A stretch of DNA of 53,667 bases, from the NCBI GenBank assembly GCA_017438525.1, contig JAFRVI010000022.1, positions 1-53,667 of the forward strand, written 5' to 3'. A model generated the notes under the pieces. That model was not told the DNA's origin. It saw only the letters and a list, made by a program, of their open reading frames with translations, and did no database searches. Below, one piece after another: positions 7,093 to 14,772 of this stretch (positions are counted from its first letter, which is position 1; every line of letters begins with the position of its first letter). A program made the position numbers and the translations under genes. The DNA comes from Clostridia bacterium (GTDB lineage Bacteria > Bacillota > Clostridia > Oscillospirales > RGIG8002).

Positions 7093-8632
7093 GATATACG
7101 ACTGCACTCTGCGCGAGGGCATGCAGGCGGAAGGGCTCTCCTTCTCCGTCTCTGATAAGCTCGCGGTCATAAAGGCGCTCGACTCGCTCGGGGTTTCGTA
7201 CATAGAAGCGGGCACGCCCGGCTCGAATCCGAAGGACGAGGAGCTTTTCCGCGCGCTCGCGGACGTCAGCACCGACGCCGAGCTCGTCGCCTTCGGCGCG
7301 ACGCGGCGCAAGGAGCTGAAGGCGGATGAGGACGAAAACCTCGCCGCACTCGCCGGCGCGGGCACGAAGGTCGTCACCCTCTACGGCAAGGCGTGGGACA
7401 GGCAGGTCACCGAAGTCCTCCGCACCGACCTCGACGAAAATCTCGCGATGGTGCGCGACAGCGTCGCGTTCCTCAAAAGCGCGGGCAAGCGCGTCTTCTT
7501 CGACGCCGAGCATTTCTTCGACGGCTTCGCCGGCGACGCGGATTACGCCCTCGCGGTCATCGAAGCCGCGCACGAAGCGGGCGCGGAGCGCGTGATCCTC
7601 TGCGACACCAACGGAGGCACTCTCCCCCATGTAGTCGGCGAAGGAGTCGCCGCCGCGAAGAAGCGCCTGCCGGACGCCGTTATCGGCATCCACTGCCACA
7701 ACGACGCCGGACTCTCCGCCGCTTCCACGATAACCGCCGCGCTCGCGGGCGCGGAGCAGATACAGGGCACCTTCTCCGGAGTCGGCGAACGCTGCGGCAA
7801 CGCCGACCTGACCTGCGTCATACCCGACCTCGAGCTGAAATGCGGCTTCAGATGCCTGCCGGAAGGCAAGCTCGAACGCATCACCCCGGTCGCCCGCAAG
7901 GTCGCCGAATATCTCAACATAAAGATCCCCAACCGCGCGCCCTTCATCGGCAAAAGCGCCTTCGCGCACAAGGGCGGCTCGCACATCGACGGAGTGCTGA
8001 AGAACTCCGCCGCCTTCGAGCATATCGCGCCGGAGGCGGTCGGCAACAAGCGCCGCCTGCTCGTAAGCGAGCTTTCCGGCAGAGCCGCCGTACGCAAGCT
8101 GCTCGAGCGCATCCTGCCCGACACGCCCGTATCCGACGCCGAGGTGAACGCCGTGCTCGCGGAGCTCAAGCGTCTGGAGGCGCAGGGCTATCAGTTCGAG
8201 GGCGCGGAGGAAAGCTTAGAGCTGCGCGTTCTCGCGCTGCTGGGACACCGCAAGAAGCCGTTTGAGGTGGACTACTTCAAGATCATCGGCGAGACCGACC
8301 GCGGCGAGGGCTGCACCGCCACCGCGATGATATCGCTGCGCGTCGGCGAGGAACGCAAGGTCACCGCCGCCGAGGGCATCGGCCCGGTCAACGCGCTCGA
8401 CAACGCGCTGCGCAGAGCGCTGACGGCGTTTTACCCCTGCATTTCGCAGGTGATGCTGCGCGACTTCAAAGTCCGCGTCATCGACAACAAGGACTCCACA
8501 GCCGCGAAGGTCCGCGTGCTCATCGAGAGCACCGACGGCGTCTCCGCGTGGAACACCGTGGGCGTTTCCGCCGACGTCATCGAGGCGAGCTTCATCGCGC
8601 TGTCGGATTCGCTGGAGTATAAGCTGAGATAA
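7079..8632 (+). CDS. cimA: Citramalate synthase (LeuA family, CimA type)
   Basis: IYDCTLREGMQAEGLSFS, HCHNDAGLSAAS and AHKGGSHIDGVLK motifs are typical of the CimA/LeuA-2 branch. The gene overlaps the leuA stop by 14 nt. Confidence 0.8.
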   Translation: MKMLEIYDCTLREGMQAEGLSFSVSDKLAVIKALDSLGVSYIEAGTPGSNPKDEELFRALADVSTDAELVAFGATRRKELKADEDENLAALAGAGTKVVTLYGKAWDRQVTEVLRTDLDENLAMVRDSVAFLKSAGKRVFFDAEHFFDGFAGDADYALAVIEAAHEAGAERVILCDTNGGTLPHVVGEGVAAAKKRLPDAVIGIHCHNDAGLSAASTITAALAGAEQIQGTFSGVGERCGNADLTCVIPDLELKCGFRCLPEGKLERITPVARKVAEYLNIKIPNRAPFIGKSAFAHKGGSHIDGVLKNSAAFEHIAPEAVGNKRRLLVSELSGRAAVRKLLERILPDTPVSDAEVNAVLAELKRLEAQGYQFEGAEESLELRVLALLGHRKKPFEVDYFKIIGETDRGEGCTATAMISLRVGEERKVTAAEGIGPVNALDNALRRALTAFYPCISQVMLRDFKVRVIDNKDSTAAKVRVLIESTDGVSAWNTVGVSADVIEASFIALSDSLEYKLR

Positions 8633-8680
8633 ACGTCCGTTATTACCTTTTATTTAATTGAATAAACCGCAAAATACCAC

Positions 8681-8708
8681 TTGATTTTCGCGCAAGTTGT
8701 GTTATAAT
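8681..8708 (+). promoter_or_regulatory. Sigma-70/SigA-type promoter of ssrA
   Basis: TTGATT at 8681-8686, a 16-nt spacer, and an extended -10 TGtTATAAT (TATAAT at 8703-8708). It lies 12 nt before the tmRNA 5' end. Confidence 0.6.
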
Positions 8709-8719
8709 GTTTATCCCAC

Positions 8720-9069
8720 GGGGGCGCACCGGTTTCGACAGGGATTCGGAACCCGTATAAGCGAGCAGTGCTGCGGACGCACTTTAATACCCGCAAAAAA
8801 CAATAAACGCGAATAACGAATTTGCGATCGCTGCCTAACTAAAGGCAGCCGTCCGCCGGGAGAGTACCGCGGCTTCCGAACGGGCGTCATCGAGCGGTGC
8901 ACGTGAACGCGCAAAGCTTTGAGCGCGTCATGAAAAATGAAGCTACCCGACTCCGCGGCCTGCCGGACCGGCGGCGGACGAAGGGAATCTTTTAAATAGC
9001 CGGCTACGCTCGTAGAAAGTGCGGCGGATGGGTTTTTGGACAGGAGTTCGACTCTCCTCGCCTCCACCA
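8720..9069 (+). ncRNA. ssrA: tmRNA (transfer-messenger RNA)
   Basis: 5' GGGGGCGCACCGGTTTCGACAGGG and 3' GGAGTTCGACTCTCCTCGCCTCCACCA form the tRNA-Ala-like domain. The probable tag reading frame is GCG AAT AAC GAA TTT GCG ATC GCT GCC TAA (8809-8838, ANNEFAIAA*), with the stop in a hairpin loop (gctgcc-taactaaa-ggcagc). Length is 350 nt. Confidence 0.9.
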
Positions 9070-9074
9070 ATAAT

Positions 9075-9100
9075 AAAAGCACCCGTAGGGGTGCTTTTAT
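9075..9100 (+). terminator. ssrA terminator hairpin, part of a longer palindrome at 9064-9108 that includes the CCACCA end
   Basis: gcaccc-gta-ggggtgc stem followed by TTTTATTATT. The palindrome ccaccaataataaaagcaccc / ggggtgcttttattattggtgg extends it. Confidence 0.75.
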
Positions 9101-9107
9101 TATTGGT

Positions 9108-9290
9108 GGAAATGAAGACGCCCTTGCGGGCTGATGAAGGAATGAAGACGCTTCGCTAATGAAGAAATGAAAAATGAAGAAACAAACGTTGCCGGCGTCT
9201 TCGCTTCATTAGACGCTATGCGCCGACTTCATTAGGCGCCGCGCGCCGTCTTCATTAGGCGGCCTTGCCGCCGATTTCATTTTCTTCTTA
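9108..9290. repeat. Mirror-organised array of ATGAAG / CTAATGAAG cores (forward, then reverse) interleaved with GC-rich mini-palindromes
   Basis: ATGAAG starts at 9112, 9134, 9142, 9159 and 9174, with the variant ATGAAA at 9167. CTTCAT starts at 9204, 9227 and 9250, each as CTTCATTAG. TTTCAT starts at 9275. The 10-mer AATGAAGACG is at 9111 and 9141, and its reverse complement is at 9247. Confidence 0.65.
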
Positions 9291-9295
9291 GAGGA

Positions 9296-9324
9296 TTGAA
9301 AAATTCACACTTTTCTTGTATAAT
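9296..9324 (+). promoter_or_regulatory. Promoter candidate for the islet genes
   Basis: TTGAAA at 9296-9301, a 17-nt spacer, and TATAAT at 9319-9324. Confidence 0.55.
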
Positions 9325-9364
9325 GAAAAAAGAAAGCCGATAAATCGGGATTTATGGGGGCAAT

Positions 9365-10012
9365 ATGATAACCGAAGAACATAATCATTTATTTTTTGCG
9401 TTCGATGAAATAGATAAGGACATTTCGGCGATGATAATACAAATTGCAGAGAATATGTACGATAGGTTGATTTCCCAATTTGAATTACCGGATTCAAAAG
9501 AAAAATATACGTTAACTATTTGTCCGGATATTAAGACTTTTATGGAGCAGTCCGGCAAGGCGGAGGAAACATATCAGCCTTGGATGGTGGGAAACGCAAA
9601 TCGTACAAAACGCTCTTTGTGCATACTTTCACCGAGGATCGTCAGTGACAGAAGCCTTGAAGATATGCTGTGCGTTGTGAAGCACGAGATAACGCACATC
9701 GCACTGAACGCGTTAAATCCAAAGGATCCCGATGATATGTCAATGTGCCTTTCTGAGGGAATAGCGGTATATATGGCTGAGCAGATATACCCAAACCGAT
9801 TGGATATAAATAACTTTCCCAAGGTGAAAGAACTTGATGATGAGAAGTTCTTTTATGAACACGACGGATATAATTATTCAGGCGTATACATAGGTTTCTT
9901 GATTAGAAAGTACGGCACGAAAGTATTTAGTAATATTTATGCCGAGACGGAATGCTTTGACAACTATCTTTATGACGGTTATGAAATTGATGCTATAAAG
10001 TCATTTATATAG
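9365..10012 (+). CDS. Putative zinc metallopeptidase-like protein (HExxH)
   Basis: VVKHEITHIALN carries an HExxH motif, with a downstream Glu (LSEGIAVY) as a possible third ligand. The gene is AT-rich and has a GGGGG RBS. I recognise no closer family. Confidence 0.55.
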   Translation: MITEEHNHLFFAFDEIDKDISAMIIQIAENMYDRLISQFELPDSKEKYTLTICPDIKTFMEQSGKAEETYQPWMVGNANRTKRSLCILSPRIVSDRSLEDMLCVVKHEITHIALNALNPKDPDDMSMCLSEGIAVYMAEQIYPNRLDINNFPKVKELDDEKFFYEHDGYNYSGVYIGFLIRKYGTKVFSNIYAETECFDNYLYDGYEIDAIKSFI

Positions 10013-10138
10013 GAACAGACCGGCAGACAACTTCCGGCTTGTTGAGGCAAATCGGAACGGAGTTAAAAGAAGACAAGAAAACGTCCCTTGTCCTATATTT
10101 ATCGATTTTAAGTTACCTGACGGAGGCAGTGCTGCAGT

Positions 10139-10642
10139 ATGGAATTGAGGTTGGAAATACCTAATCAGACACACGAGCAAGAATATGCTCACGTGATGGA
10201 TAAATGGGAGACAATGGAAGAGTGGATTCAGCCAGAGCTGATGCGGCGGGGAAAAACTCCTTATAATAAGTGGCTGGAATATTGCGAAGATGATCGTACA
10301 AAGGCATCCATGCTGTCTACCCACATACCCGCAACCTTGTATTTCCTGGTGAACGAAAAGCAGGAAATACTCGGCGGTATCGTCATCAACCACTCCGACA
10401 CGAACCGAGGACATCTTCATGCCGGTATCGTCCCGTGGCACAGGGGAAAGGGCTACGGAACGACCATGACGACCCTTGCTTTAAAAGAATGTCAGAAAAT
10501 GGGGATCAGTAAAGTTCACATATGCCCAAACAGTAAAAACAAGGCTGCTATACAGGTAATTCTGAATAACGGCGGTTATCTGTTGGATGAATTCACGGAA
10601 GAGGGACATATGATTGAACGCTACGAGATATTCCCTTTATAA
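10139..10642 (+). CDS. GNAT-family N-acetyltransferase
   Basis: WHRGKGYGTTMTTLALKECQKMGISKV matches the acetyl-CoA binding motif A (R/Q-x-x-G-x-G/A). The beta-strand pattern and size are typical. The gene is AT-rich. Confidence 0.8.
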   Translation: MELRLEIPNQTHEQEYAHVMDKWETMEEWIQPELMRRGKTPYNKWLEYCEDDRTKASMLSTHIPATLYFLVNEKQEILGGIVINHSDTNRGHLHAGIVPWHRGKGYGTTMTTLALKECQKMGISKVHICPNSKNKAAIQVILNNGGYLLDEFTEEGHMIERYEIFPL

Positions 10643-10760
10643 AGAAGTTTTGGCATTCTACGAGGCAGTCGGGTTTACCATATTCAGAAGATATATGGAG
10701 ATGACTTCATTTCAGGTTTGTCAAGCTGCATGGTGTGTACCTTTTGGGAGTACTTACACA

Positions 10761-10826
10761 ATAAAAAACACCCCTATGGGTGCTTTTTTATTGGTGGGAA
10801 AACGGCGAGGAGAGTCGAAACGAGCT
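10761..10826 (-). repeat. Inverted, partly degenerate copy of the ssrA 3' end plus terminator hairpin (att-like)
   Basis: The reverse complement of 10804-10819 equals tmRNA 9047-9062 (ttcgactctcctcgcc, 16/16). Next come CCCACCA and a diverged copy of the terminator hairpin (caccc 10769-10773 / gggtg 10778-10782) with its A/T flanks. Confidence 0.6.
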
Positions 10827-10962
10827 CCGAAGGCGCGGAGCGGCAGCGACATTGGCTTCGGCAGCAACGCTCCGGCGGAGCGTTGCGAAAGCGAGAAGAG
10901 ACCTAATCAACCACCTGACACGCGGTGAGCGGGCAAATACTGTTGATTTTACTCAATAATAG

Positions 10963-10993
10963 CACGGCAGGGCTTTTGGAAAGCCCTGCCGTG
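10963..10993. terminator. Hairpin terminator (11-bp stem) downstream of the C11 peptidase gene / end of the islet
   Basis: cacggcagggc (10963-10973) / gccctgccgtg (10983-10993), followed by attctttta. Confidence 0.65.
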
Positions 10994-11030
10994 ATTCTTT
11001 TATTACGATTCTTTAACTTAACGCCGCCGC

Positions 11031-13415
11031 TTACTTTATCGCTTCGGTCCAGTGCTCGTAGGCGAAGCGGTCGGTAAGCATATACGCCGCGATCGGGGTT
11101 CCGTCCGCGGGGTTCAGCGTGACGTCGGAGACCTTCAGGCTTCCCTCTCCCGCGTAGGTGAACGAGCCGCCGAGCATATAGGAATCCTCATAGGTCCCGT
11201 CGTAGGCGTAGCGGTCGCAGATCGGCTGGATCTTGTCGCCGTCGGTCAGCTCCGCCGCCTTCGCGACGGTGTCGGTCTGACCGTCCGCGTAGATATAGCG
11301 GACGCCGGAGACCTCCGCGCCGCCGTTACGGAAGGTGACGAGCAGCTCCGCGCGGTCGCCGTTGATCAGCACGGGAACGCGGCCGTGGATCACGGTCGCG
11401 CCGTTCTCCTCGACGCTGTCGGTGAAGTAATACGCGACGGGCTGGTTGTTTATCGCGATCCACATACCGTCGTATTCGCCGATAAGGTCGCCATCTTCGT
11501 CGAAGCTGAAGATCGAATCGAGCCCGAGGTCGATATAGCCCCTGCCGTCGTCAAGGAAGACGTTGAGCTGAATATCCGCGACCTTCGCCCACTCGGATTC
11601 GGGCAGCGAAAGGACGCTGCGTCCGTCTTTTTCCGTCCAGATCAGCGGCGAGGAAATGCGGGCGTCCTCCACCACTTCTATCAGCGTATCCTCGGGGATA
11701 TCGCGGTCGAAGACCCTGTCGCTTCCGAGCAGCGAGCTGAGCGAGAAGCCGCCGTTTCCGCCGCCGAGCAGCGAGCCGATAAGATCCGCCACGCCGCCGG
11801 AAGAACCGGCGCCTCCCAAGCCGCCGAGCAGCGAGCCGAAGGGAGACGTGCTGCCGCCGCCCGCCGCCTGACCGCTTACCTCAAGCGAGGCAAACTTCTT
11901 GACGCAGGCGGTGTAGTCGTCGTCAAAGCCGATCGCGTCGAGCTGATTCACAGCGGTGCTGACGCGGCTGGCGGAGCGGTACGGGAAGTACGCCGCCAGG
12001 CCGTAGGCGTCGGTAACTCCGCCGCCGACCTTGTTGTATTTGACCGCGCTGAGAAGCGCGTTCGCGAGCGAACGGCTCTCGGCCGTATCGAGAAGCAGAG
12101 AAAGATGCACGAGGTCTATCTGGTCGAGCTTGCTGGAAGCGCCGAATTCGCGCGTGTCGCCTCTCGCTTTCGAGACCTCTTCATAGCCGCTGCCGCTGAT
12201 GGTATCCGCGGTCTTCTTCGCGAACGCGGTCAGCTCGTCGGGGATCGTCGCGGAAAGCTCCGCGAGGTCAGTCACCGAAAGGGTGGTCTTCTGTCCCCTG
12301 CACTGCTGCGCGCAGGTCTGCACGAAGTCGTCGGCGATTATCTTGCCGAGCGAAGGGGTATCTATCGCGGGGTTTTTGCCGAGCTCCGTCAGCCAGCGGG
12401 TGTGGTACCAGCCGATGCCGGGTTCGGTCTCCTCGCTGCCGATGAGGTAATCGGCGTAGGGCGCTACCGTCAGCGCGGTTTCCACCGACGCCATAAGGCA
12501 GGCGTCGAAGCCGACGAAGTCGAAGCTCACGCCGCCGTCCTTCAGCGCCTTCGCGATCGAGGAGAGCGTCATCGAGCCGGAATCCTTCTTGGTTTCGTCG
12601 TAGCCGAAGCCGGAGACCGAGCCGCCGCCGTGATCCCACATGACGAGTATGTTGCGGTTCGCCGGATAGCGCCTCGCACACCAGCTGATGAAGCCGGAGA
12701 GCGCGGAGGGATCGGTCATCGATTTCCTGCCGCCCGCGTCCTTCTCGAGCAGGCGCAGGCCGCCGTTTTCAACGGAGTATATCTGATGCGCGGTGTTTGA
12801 AATGCCGCTCGTCTTCCACTGGCTGCAGCCGCCGGTGTATACTATCAGGTTCACGTTCGATCCGAGATCCGCCTGCGCCATTTCGCGCAGGTCCGCGGTC
12901 GCCATGCCCTTTTTGGATTCAAGGTCGGTGCCGCAGAGGTAGACCATGACGGTAACGGTGTCGCGGGCGTCGCCGTAGAGGACGGTGCGCTTCGCCGCCG
13001 CGGACGAGGAGTCGAGCTTGCCGGTGTTGTCGCTGCCCGTCCACGTGCCGTCGCTGTATGAGCTGTTGCCGAGGAAGCTGCCGAAGAGGGACGTTATGCC
13101 GCTGTTCTGAGTCTGGGAGGGAGTTTCCTCCCCTCCGCCGCCGAGGAGCGCGGTAAGTCCGCCGCCTCCGCCTGCGAGCAGTACGATGACGGCGATGATG
13201 ATACCGATAATGCCGCCCTTGCCGCCGCCGGCACGTTCTCCGCCGCCGCCGTAGCCGCCTCCGCCTCCTCCGCCGCCGCTTCTGCGGGCGGAGTACGCGT
13301 CACGTTTGCCTACCGGCCCCGTGCCGAGCCCGCCGCCGTGGGTACCGACGCTGTTGCCCATACCTCCGCCGACGCGCTGTCTTCCGACGGGTCTGTTGCC
13401 GTTTTCATTCGCCAT
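11031..13415 (-). CDS. Clostripain-family (C11) cysteine peptidase, membrane anchored, with a glycine-rich N-terminal tail
   Basis: VMVYLCGTDLES, the catalytic His context VMWDHGGGS and the catalytic Cys context GFDACLMAS. One TM helix (IIGIIIAVIVLLAG). An AAGGAGGG RBS precedes the ATG at 13415 (MANENGN...). Confidence 0.8.
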   Translation of the reverse strand: MANENGNRPVGRQRVGGGMGNSVGTHGGGLGTGPVGKRDAYSARRSGGGGGGGGYGGGGERAGGGKGGIIGIIIAVIVLLAGGGGGLTALLGGGGEETPSQTQNSGITSLFGSFLGNSSYSDGTWTGSDNTGKLDSSSAAAKRTVLYGDARDTVTVMVYLCGTDLESKKGMATADLREMAQADLGSNVNLIVYTGGCSQWKTSGISNTAHQIYSVENGGLRLLEKDAGGRKSMTDPSALSGFISWCARRYPANRNILVMWDHGGGSVSGFGYDETKKDSGSMTLSSIAKALKDGGVSFDFVGFDACLMASVETALTVAPYADYLIGSEETEPGIGWYHTRWLTELGKNPAIDTPSLGKIIADDFVQTCAQQCRGQKTTLSVTDLAELSATIPDELTAFAKKTADTISGSGYEEVSKARGDTREFGASSKLDQIDLVHLSLLLDTAESRSLANALLSAVKYNKVGGGVTDAYGLAAYFPYRSASRVSTAVNQLDAIGFDDDYTACVKKFASLEVSGQAAGGGSTSPFGSLLGGLGGAGSSGGVADLIGSLLGGGNGGFSLSSLLGSDRVFDRDIPEDTLIEVVEDARISSPLIWTEKDGRSVLSLPESEWAKVADIQLNVFLDDGRGYIDLGLDSIFSFDEDGDLIGEYDGMWIAINNQPVAYYFTDSVEENGATVIHGRVPVLINGDRAELLVTFRNGGAEVSGVRYIYADGQTDTVAKAAELTDGDKIQPICDRYAYDGTYEDSYMLGGSFTYAGEGSLKVSDVTLNPADGTPIAAYMLTDRFAYEHWTEAIK

Positions 13416-13592
13416 GAAGAAACCCTCCTTGTCGATGTCTGTATATCGAATGATTTTATGATAGCAGATTTTGCCGAAAAATGCAATCATAACCGCAAGG
13501 AAAACGCTTTTTATTGATTCTGCGAATAGTTTATGCTATAATTACACAAAACAGCGCTGAATTAACGCTTCGCGCGCGGAAGGAGCGGCATT

Positions 13593-14294
13593 ATGATAAT
13601 AGATTATCTCGGGCACAGCGGATTTCTGGTCGAAACGGAAAAGGCGCTGATGCTCTTCGACTACTTCCGCGGCGACCTCTCGATAATCGAAGGCAAGCCG
13701 CAGGACAAACCGCTTTTCGTCTTCGCGAGCCACGCGCACCCGGACCATTTCAACCCGCAGATCTTCTCCCTCGCGGGCGGCGGACGGACGGTCAGGTATC
13801 TGCTTTCGCACGACGTGCGGCGCAAGGCGTCGCCGCCGCCGGAAGCGGACGTTGCCTTTCTCGCCGCGAACGCCGAATACGAGATCGGCGGGCTCGGCAG
13901 AGTGAAGACCCTGCGCTCGACGGACCAGGGCGTCGCCTTCTTCGTCGACGCCGGAAGCGAAACGGTATACCACGCGGGCGACCTGCACTGGTGGGCGTGG
14001 GAGGGCGAGCCGGAGGTATGGCTCGCCGCGCAGGAGCGCGACTACCGCCGCGAGATTGAAAAGCTCGCGGGCGAGCGCATCGACGCCGCCTTCGTCGTCG
14101 TTGACGACCGGCTCGGCGAAAACTACGCGCTCGGCGCGTCGCTCTTCCTCTCGCTCTGCAAGCCGGCGAATATACTGCCCATGCACTTCTGGGAGGACGC
14201 CGGAGTCGCCGGCCGCTTCTCGCGGCTGCCCGAAACGCTCGCGTCCGGCGCGCGCGTGCTCGACACCGCGAATGAAACGCACTGGAAAATATAA
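13593..14294 (+). CDS. MBL-fold metallo-hydrolase
   Basis: LGHSGF...ASHAHPDHF (HxHxDH motif) and a later HAGD motif. AAGGAG RBS. Confidence 0.8.
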   Translation: MIIDYLGHSGFLVETEKALMLFDYFRGDLSIIEGKPQDKPLFVFASHAHPDHFNPQIFSLAGGGRTVRYLLSHDVRRKASPPPEADVAFLAANAEYEIGGLGRVKTLRSTDQGVAFFVDAGSETVYHAGDLHWWAWEGEPEVWLAAQERDYRREIEKLAGERIDAAFVVVDDRLGENYALGASLFLSLCKPANILPMHFWEDAGVAGRFSRLPETLASGARVLDTANETHWKI

Positions 14295-14307
14295 AGGAGG
14301 AACCGCA

Positions 14308-14676
14308 ATGCAGTTCAAAATGATCCACGAAAACTACAACGTCGCCGACCTCGGCGTTTCGCTGAAATTTTACGAAAAGGCGCTCGGGCTGACCGAAAAG
14401 CACCGCAAGGAAGCCGCCGACGGCTCCTTCATCATCGTCTATATCGGCAACGAAAGCAGCGAGTTCGAGCTGGAGCTGACCTGGCTGCGCGACCATCCGC
14501 AGAAGTACGACATCGGCGAGGAGGAGTTCCACCTCGCGTTCCGCACCGACGACTTCGACGCCGCGCACAAGCTCCACGAGGAGATGGGCTGCATCTGCTT
14601 TGAGAATCCGTCGATGGGGATATACTTCATCCAGGACCCCGACGGCTACTGGCTTGAGATAATCCCGACAAGATAA
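14308..14676 (+). CDS. VOC-family protein, glyoxalase I (lactoylglutathione lyase)-like
   Basis: MIHENYNVADLGVSLKFYEKALGL...ELELTW...HLAF...DPDGYWLEII is the classic paired beta-alpha-beta-beta-beta glyoxalase pattern. An AAGGAGG RBS precedes the ATG at 14308. The track ORF starting at 14056 overlaps the MBL gene and I did not use it. Confidence 0.85.
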   Translation: MQFKMIHENYNVADLGVSLKFYEKALGLTEKHRKEAADGSFIIVYIGNESSEFELELTWLRDHPQKYDIGEEEFHLAFRTDDFDAAHKLHEEMGCICFENPSMGIYFIQDPDGYWLEIIPTR

Positions 14677-14772
14677 CTCCCGTGGTGAACTCAAATCTCC
14701 TACTTGACTTATTCTATGGTTTGTAATACACTAATCATATACATTGCTCTTCAGTTAAGCGAGGTGTGACGA

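Noticed and set aside
5869-8023. Minus-strand ORFs of 502 aa (5869-7377) and 322 aa (7055-8023).
   Set aside because: They are antisense shadows of leuA and cimA, with no motifs and low-complexity composition.
8711-9082. A 123-aa minus-strand ORF.
   Set aside because: It lies exactly over the tmRNA gene, which has diagnostic 5' and 3' ends and a tag reading frame.
9108-9290. A possible miniature CRISPR array, or small-peptide ORFs (MKTPLRADEGMKTLR and others).
   Set aside because: The repeats are only 6-10 nt at a period of about 23 bp. They switch orientation midway, and the spacers are palindromes, none of which fits CRISPR. There are no cas genes. The tiny ATG-initiated frames follow from the ATGAAG core and lack RBSs.
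9070-11030. An intact integrative element or prophage at the tmRNA site.
   Set aside because: No integrase, excisionase, phage or conjugation genes are present. I can support only two small cargo-like genes and an inverted att-like repeat, so I report it as a remnant-like islet rather than a mobile element.
11052-12800. A 582-aa plus-strand ORF.
   Set aside because: It is antisense to the C11 peptidase gene, which carries the conserved His/Cys dyad motifs. I treat it as a shadow ORF.
13792-14694. Minus-strand ORFs of 300 aa (13792-14694) and 258 aa (13542-14318), and the 14056-start extension of the glyoxalase ORF.
   Set aside because: They overlap the MBL hydrolase and glyoxalase genes, which have motifs and strong RBSs. 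The translations are Arg/Ala-rich shadows.
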